DNA of 62,265 bases, counting the filler, from Trichosphaerium sp. ATCC 40318 (Eukaryota > Protista > Tubulinea), in the NCBI GenBank assembly GCA_038496445.1. It is 3 parts of 3 records of this genome, joined end to end, with 100 filler letters (N's around TTAATTAATTAA, not from the genome) between each part and the next. Parts side by side here need not be neighbours in the genome. Positions count along the whole stretch, not along the records: positions 50,856 to 62,265 come from JALMLS010000202.1; 2 more parts are not named here. One strand, 5' to 3'. The notes below the pieces were generated by a model. That model was not told where the DNA came from. It worked only from the letters and a program-made list of their open reading frames with translations, and made no database searches. A program made the position numbers and the translations under genes. Shown piece by piece: positions 55,733 to 62,265 of this stretch; position 1 is the first letter of the stretch, and each line of letters starts with the position of its first letter.

Positions 55733-56354
55733 TTCTGTAATCCTCCAACCTAAAAACCTCAATAATTTTCTCCTGAGGTGGTGGATGTAGTTACTAGTTA
55801 GTTACATAAAGTGTTCAAATACAGAATAAACTTTTGTTGCTTAGTTCGTTAAGTTGTGCTATAGTGTTAAACTCTTGTCTGAACCTGATTCACTGGTTGG
55901 AGATAAAGCATATCCACCTTCGAATACTACTAGACAATCATTATTGCGTCTCTAATCAATGTTTAACAAACAGATATAGCACGTATGCTTTTCATAAACA
56001 GAATCACCAAAAGCAATAAAAACGTCTGTTGGTACCTTACAATATGACCAAAAAAATTACTAGTAAACTCCACGCGACATCAATAAGTGGTCAATAGTGA
56101 ATTCAATAGATACCATAGAGTTACTCCTCATTGTGTTTTAAACGTCATTGTGTTCCTCGTTTAGGACGCTTGGACTTTCATAATGTGAACTGCCACGTTT
56201 TTTTCAGACAAACCAGAGAAATCAAAACTATACGTCCTGTACCTGTGCTCAAAAGAAAATAGTGCTAACAAATTTCTGTCACGTAACCATGAACAAAGAA
56301 AAACTGTAAACGAAAAGAAAACTGTTGGTTCACAGTGAGTTCTTTCACGCCCCC

Positions 56355-57039
56355 ATGACATCTCTTCAACCAAATCATAGTATTAAGCCAACTAAAAACA
56401 AATGTAAGCCTTTCTACAACAGTAATGTAGTCTACGAAGTTCCATTGGAGATTTTAGGTTTGATTCTGCTTCCACTTGAGGATTATCAACTGAAAGCTCT
56501 AGCGCTTAGTTGTAAAAGCTTTTGATCGGTGATACATGACATTGTAGGTTATAAAAAGGTGTTTGTCTGTGACCCAACACAATGGCAGTTGATGTGTCAT
56601 AGCTATGGTATTTTGTTTAACACTCATGTTGTATTCAAATGTCCGGTAACAGCTTCTTTCCCTCTGTAAGGGACTTAAACACGCTACAATACTTAAACAG
56701 GGAAATATCAACTCTGGTTGTCGTTCATCTGGCATTCACTTCCTTGCTGGTGTACATACATTAAACATTAGAAATAACACTCTTGTAAGCGATGATGACT
56801 TCACTGCCGTTGCAGGTGTACATACGATTGATTTAAGTGGATGTGAGCAACTTTCTCCAAAAGCAATTCAAAGCCTTGCTGGCGTTCACACTATTGATTT
56901 ATCTTACACTAGTATGACGGATGAAGGTATTGTAGCATTGTCTGGAGTATATAAGATAGATTTAAGCGGTACAATAGTTACAGACATAGGTCTCAAAGCA
57001 ATTAGTGGTGGAGCTATAAGTCAAACGTACTCTCATTGA
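56355..57039 (+). pseudogene. F-box-LRR pseudogene
   Basis: YEVPLEILGLILLPLEDYQLKALALSCKSF* then LAGVHTIDLSGC/LAGVHTIDLSYTSMTDEG repeats with stops and frameshifts. Confidence 0.8.
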
Positions 57040-57519
57040 CTTTCTTCTTTATTATTCATTCTTACTTGTTTTTATTCTAAAAGCCAAGTTGATAGTGCTC
57101 AGCGTATAGCTCTACTTTCAGGATCAAGTGGTTACAGTAAATAGTATCTCGAAATCGTACTTTATGCTCTCCAATATGATCATCTTGAATAAACTATTCA
57201 CATTTAAAGTTGTAAGTTTAAACTGTTGGTGTATAGGCCGTTTGTATGAGGACTATACTATCACAATCCAATTTTACACGTGTCTATGTGTTACAAGAGT
57301 CAACGTAAATGACCAGCTGTTAAAAAGCACATGATTTGAACACAAACGACTGGTACACTGTCATAGTTTTTATTGGTTTTTATTTTACAACTGACTATCT
57401 TGAAAAAGTTGTTAAATATGATTCAGTACTCACAAAGCTTGGTAGTGTTAACTGTAGTAATTGCATCCACTCTAAGTTACATAACAGATCAACAATATTG
57501 TGGTAATAGATGTAGGGTG

Positions 57520-58575
57520 TCACAAAAAATAACTTGAGTTACGGTGAAAACGAACACAGCATGCAGCAAGTGCTTCAATATCCTTATCAGTTATTGATGT
57601 GTTACGAAGGTGAATAGTATGAACTCCCTTCAGTGCTTTTATGCCTTCATCAGTTACTGAAGTGTCGTTGAGGTGAATGGTATGAACACCAGCAAGTGCT
57701 TTGACGCCTTCATTTGTTATATTTCGACATCCATCGAGACGTATATCATATACACCCTTCAGTGCCTTTATACCTTTATCAGTTACTTTAGTGTTATGAA
57801 GGAAAATAGTATGAACTCCAGCAAGCGATTTTATACCTTCATCAGTTACTGAAGTTTTGCTAAGGCAAATCACAGGAGCGCCAACAAGTGACTTTACACC
57901 TTCATCAGTTATTGGAGTGCCCCTGAGGAATATAGTATGGACTCCGTTTAGTGCTTTAACACCTTCATCAGTTACTGAAGTGTTGTTGAGGTTAATGGTA
58001 TGAACACCAGCAAGTGCTTTGACACCTTCATCAGTTACTGAAGTACACCAATCTAGGCGTATATCATAAACACCCTTCAGTGCTTTTATACCTTCATCAG
58101 TTACTGAAGTGCCCTTGAGGTTAATAGTGTGGACTCCAGCAAGTGCTTTAATACTGTCATCTGTAACTGAAGTGTAACCAAGGCAAATAGTATGAACTCC
58201 AGCGAGTGCTGTGACGCCTTCATCAGTAACTGAAGTACCTCTAAAATGTATAGAATGAACTCCAGCAAGTGCTTTTACACCTTCATCTGTCACTTTCTTG
58301 CATCTACGAAGGACAATAGTATGAACTCCAGCAAATTGTTTAATATCATCTCCAAAATTATATCCTACAATGATCTTTGTGTATCTCAGAATCCCAGGAT
58401 GTTTTACAGCAGATTTTGCTTGAGTTGGCGTTTTAATTGTAATAGTGTGGTATCCAATAACATCGTGAACGATAGAAGCAAGCAAATGACAGGTTTGACA
58501 AGCTGCAAATCGCGATTTGGTCGTTTGACGTAAGATGTGCGCTAATATCTCTGTAGGTAGGTGTAACAAACTCAT
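57520..58575 (-). CDS. Intronless F-box-like + LRR protein (about 12 repeats)
   Basis: ATG at 58575: MSLLHLPTEILAHILRQ..AACQTCHLL; repeats ALAGVHTIxLxxTSVTDEGVK. Confidence 0.9.
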   Translation of the reverse strand: MSLLHLPTEILAHILRQTTKSRFAACQTCHLLASIVHDVIGYHTITIKTPTQAKSAVKHPGILRYTKIIVGYNFGDDIKQFAGVHTIVLRRCKKVTDEGVKALAGVHSIHFRGTSVTDEGVTALAGVHTICLGYTSVTDDSIKALAGVHTINLKGTSVTDEGIKALKGVYDIRLDWCTSVTDEGVKALAGVHTINLNNTSVTDEGVKALNGVHTIFLRGTPITDEGVKSLVGAPVICLSKTSVTDEGIKSLAGVHTIFLHNTKVTDKGIKALKGVYDIRLDGCRNITNEGVKALAGVHTIHLNDTSVTDEGIKALKGVHTIHLRNTSITDKDIEALAACCVRFHRNSSYFL

Positions 58576-58853
58576 TTGCTGATTTTTCGAACGCGATGGC
58601 TCTATGTGAAGATAAAAATATACCTTTCTTGCAATGCAGATACGTAGCAGCTTTGAACGCGAGTTAACTGCGATACAGCAAAGTATCAGACTTGACTTAA
58701 GAGATGTGTTAAGTAGGTGGATTAAACGAATGAAGGAAGTAGCTCCGAAAAGTGCCAAAACATACTATTACTTCGAAATACACCTGTGTAGTCTACCTCC
58801 AAGTTTATTGTGAGCAGTTAATTACCCGTGTTTTTAATTTTCGATGGTGGTAA

Positions 58854-58875
58854 GTCACGTGATGTATCACGTGAC
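58854..58875. promoter_or_regulatory. Tandem TCACGTGA sites upstream of the LRR gene at 58575
   Basis: GTCACGTGATGTATCACGTGAC, a near-perfect 22-bp palindrome. Confidence 0.45.
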
Positions 58876-59220
58876 TTAAATTCTTAATAAAAAAGCTACT
58901 TTCAAAGTTACCTTCTAAATAAAACACATCTAGCTGTGATAGACTGTTCTCACATGATTCGGTCCATTTAGGCCACTGGAAGTGTTCTGGTGTCAGCGTA
59001 AAATGGGCGTAAAAAACAAAGGTGGAAAAAAAAGCGCATTTGCACTGAGTACCACTTCACAAAAGATAAACCTCCCGCACATGATTCTACAGTTGGTATT
59101 GGTATTGAGATTGTTAGAGTATGTACCTGAGCTGTGGGTGTAGCTCATCCTGATCTTTTTTGGCAAATTTCAGTGGTCACATGCTTTTTCAATGAACATA
59201 TAGTACCTACGTAATGAATA

Positions 59221-59490
59221 ATCACGATTTGCAGCTTGTCAGACATGTCATTTGCTTGCTTCTATTATTCATGTTATTGGACACCACGCTATTTCAATTA
59301 AAACGCCAACTCAAGCAAAATCTGCTGTAAAACATCCTGGGATTCTTAAATACACAGAAATCACAGAAGCACACTATTTTGATGACAACATTATCAAACA
59401 ATTTGCTGGAGTTCGTACCATTTTCCTCAATTGCACTTTAGTAACAGATGAAGGTATAAAAGCACTTGCTGGAGTTCATTCTATTTTCTT
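59221..59490 (+). pseudogene. Truncated inverted paralog of the 57520-58575 LRR gene
   Basis: SRFAACQTCHLLASII..KTPTQAKSAVKHPGILKYT..KQFAGVRTIF..VTDEGIKALAGVHSIF; no start, stops after about 1.5 repeats. Confidence 0.85.
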
Positions 59491-59523
59491 CAGCAAACAT
59501 TTTTAGCACCTTTTGTTTCATAG

Positions 59524-60054
59524 GGTATTATCCTAAAGGTGTTGATTTTCAGTATCGGTGGGAATGTTATCCTAGAAGACAATATTGTAATACTATGACT
59601 GTGAAGGAGTTCTTTATTGATAAGTATCCTGTCACAAACAAGAATTTTGAAACTTTCTTGAAACAAACTAGTTACTTCGTGTATCTCAAATTAACCTGGC
59701 TTCAAAAAAAACCCCAACTGTACCCTCTTTCGTTTCTTAGCGCCCAAAGTCAACGCTTTCAGACAACCACCTGAATTTTCCTGAAGCCACAAACGCGAAT
59801 TTACTTCCTTCAACAGCAAAAACAACTTGAAATCCTGAAGTAACTTTTATGACAAAAAGCGTGTTTGAAATAGCTACAAATAAGAGATTTGTTTCAAAGT
59901 AGTGGATACTCATCTTTCTAATTTAAAGCTAGGTTCAAGCTGGTACCAACCACAGAGTTATAGTTTATTGAAACACACTAAATATTTACTAATGTCACCG
60001 AATCTGGATAGATCTGGTGGAATAGGGTTTAGATGTGTTGTTGATAGTAACTAA
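59524..60054 (+). pseudogene. Fragments of an FGE/sulfatase-modifying-factor domain gene
   Basis: GVDFQYRWE..VKEFFIDKYPVTNKNFETFL and KYLLMSPNLDRSGGIGFRCVVD*; central part missing. Confidence 0.7.
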
Positions 60055-60179
60055 TAAACAAAATCATGTCAAACATTTTTCAATTGAAGTTATCGTCTTT
60101 TTCTATTTCTAGGAGGCATTACTGATACATTACTGTGTGATAAAACTGCTTTTGTAACTTGAGGACAATGTGTCAAAGC

Positions 60180-60500
60180 TATGTGATAAATCTATGGTAT
60201 GAACGCCAGCCAATGATTAGCCTTCATCAGTTACACTTGTCTTTTCAAGGTTGATTGTATGAACACCGCCAATGCTTCGATACCATACTCTGTAATTGAA
60301 GTGGAAGCAAGATCAATTGTATGAATACCAGATAATGCCCTCACCTTCATTGGTCACCTTTGTACAACACAGACAGATCTTTTTAATACCACATCGTGAG
60401 AGTTGTTTAAGATGCTCGTCAGTGACTGAACTCATTGATTTGAGGTTAATACTCTTGTCATTATTTCAAAATCTGTCAAAATACGCTAAGTATTGTTTGA
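60180..60500 (-). pseudogene. Highly degraded LRR-family remnant
   Basis: Pieces GVHTINLEKTSVTDEG and LAGVHTIDL in broken frames. Confidence 0.65.
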
Positions 60501-61107
60501 GTAGTTAATGCCTTAAAATGTCGATAGGAGGCTTAAATTAAACGAAAAAAAAACTGATGACATTGCCAGCCAAAAGCGAAATAATGCCATCAGCTCTGGT
60601 ACATTATAAAAACCTTATTGGTATATAGAAGGTAGATTTGTTAATGAGTACTTAAGTATTATTTCAAACGTTTCTAGGTGATACAGAGCGTGGGACATCC
60701 CATCAACAAATTTATTTTTCAGTTTGTTTTAAATACTGTAATGGCTGTACACGTGTTTTCTCCGTTACAGACATTTGGGTAAGACTTGGTATACTTACAT
60801 AAATCAACTACAAACGCTCACAACGTGTATACAGAACATGGCGAGCAGCTATCACCCACATCCCACAAAAATTTGCTTTTCAATTTGTTTTTAAATACTG
60901 TAAAAACCTTTCTTATATTTTCCAAGTGTTTCTTGTATAATAGATAACAAAATGCTTGGTGCTACACTAGAGCCACAACATATTCATCTTTTTACTTTGC
61001 CAACATTGTCTAAAGTTGGTTAGTTGATAGAAAAGAGGACACTAAGTGCAATAACTCTAACTAGTGTATATTAAATACAAACTTGCCCCAGAAACAGTAA
61101 TTTTACA

Positions 61108-61840
61108 TTAGCAGTTAAACACCCTAATATATTTTGTCCCAATAAGTGCTTTAATAACTTCATCAGTAACTGAAGTGTTATCTAGGACAATAGTATGAAC
61201 TCCAGCAAGTGCTTTAACACCTTCATCAGTAACTGAAGTGTTATTGAGGGAAATATTATGAACTCCAGCAAGTGCTTTAATACCTTCATTAGCAACTGAA
61301 GTGTTATCAAGTTCAACAGTATGAACTCTAGCGAGTGCTTTGACACCTTCATTAGTTACTGAAGTGTTATGAAGGTAAATAGTATGAACTCCAGCAAGTG
61401 ATTGGACACCTTCATCAGTTACTGAAGTGCTATCTAGGTCAATAGTATGAACTCCAGCGAGTGCTTTGACACCTTCATTAGTTACTGAAGTGTTATCAAG
61501 GTAAATAGTATGAACTCCAGCAAGTGATTGGATACCTTCATCAGTTACTGAAGTGCTGGCGAGGTGAATATTATGAACTCCAGCAAGTGCTTTGGCAATG
61601 TTGTCATACAAATAAGGTACCGAGATTTTTGTATTTTTGAATCCCAGGATGTTGTACAGCTGATTTTGCTTGAGCTAATGTTGTAATGGTAATAGCGTGG
61701 TATCCAATAACATCATAAATAATAGAAGCAAGCAAATGACATGTCTGACAAGCTGCAAATCGCGATTTGGTCGTTTGATGTAAGATGTGTGCTAATATCT
61801 CGGTCGGAGGTGTAGCAAGCTTGTACAGTAGTATTGACAA
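61108..61840 (-). pseudogene. F-box-like + LRR gene with a frameshift between the N-domain and the repeats
   Basis: PTEILAHILHQTTKSRFAACQTCHLL (61604-61840) and 7 repeats ALAGVHTIxLxNTSVTxEG (61108-61611) lie in different frames. Confidence 0.8.
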
Positions 61841-62265
61841 TTCTACAACGCTTTGAGGTACAAAGCATCGTATCGTCTATATTTGTCTAATTAATAACAG
61901 CTAGCTGTGATAGAGGAACCCACAACAAGTTGAAAGTAAGTATAAAAGCCGTTTTATTACGAATTTAAGTCACGTGATACAGCAGTCGAAAATAAGAAAC
62001 GATATTTGTTTTTCCGTAAGAAACAACTGCAATTAGCTGCCGTAAACTTGGAGGCTGGTGTATTTCGAAGAAATCATGTTTTGGTGGAAGGCCTCTTACT
62101 AGATACATACTGTATCAATTTCAGCGAAGAACTCATGTACATGTGTATCCTGCGTTCTTGACATTAACAGTCTCCAAATTCAATGAATTTAAACTGAATA
62201 ACACTAAGGCATCACTAACATCAATAAAATGAAGCGTAGCGCATCATCATCGCTTTCCGAACCTC

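Noticed and set aside
54701-61840. Endogenous giant-virus segment
   Set aside because: The LRR/MORN genes look virus-like, but no viral hallmark genes are present and the copies are interspersed with intron-rich host genes.

Overview
AT-rich eukaryotic (protist, probably amoebozoan-like) genomic DNA with short GT-AG introns. It consists of three contigs joined by N-gaps that carry an artificial TTAATTAATTAA linker (20655-20754, 50756-50855). Host genes: NADPH oxidase, alkyl-DHAP synthase, an ATG_C-RhoGAP, a filamin-repeat protein, a vinculin/alpha-catenin-like protein, Ran (partial), a PH-domain PKB/Akt-like kinase (partial), a Tonsoku-like UBL-LRR protein and several secreted proteins. Interspersed is a large set of F-box-like proteins (LRR, MORN, Ras and Cys-rich fusions), many of them decaying, plus two Mutator (MULE) transposons and a MITE. 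The main finding is a 6.4-kb element (33806-40253) encoding an intron-containing tyrosine recombinase and inserted precisely inside a tRNA-Lys(CTT) gene. It is bounded by a 7-bp direct repeat ACGAGGG (tRNA positions 61-67), so exact excision would rebuild a perfect 73-nt tRNA with its Pol III terminator. One end carries 16 regularly spaced copies of a 9-mer that also forms the D-arm/A-box of the target tRNA. All gene models were spliced by eye, so exon boundaries are provisional.
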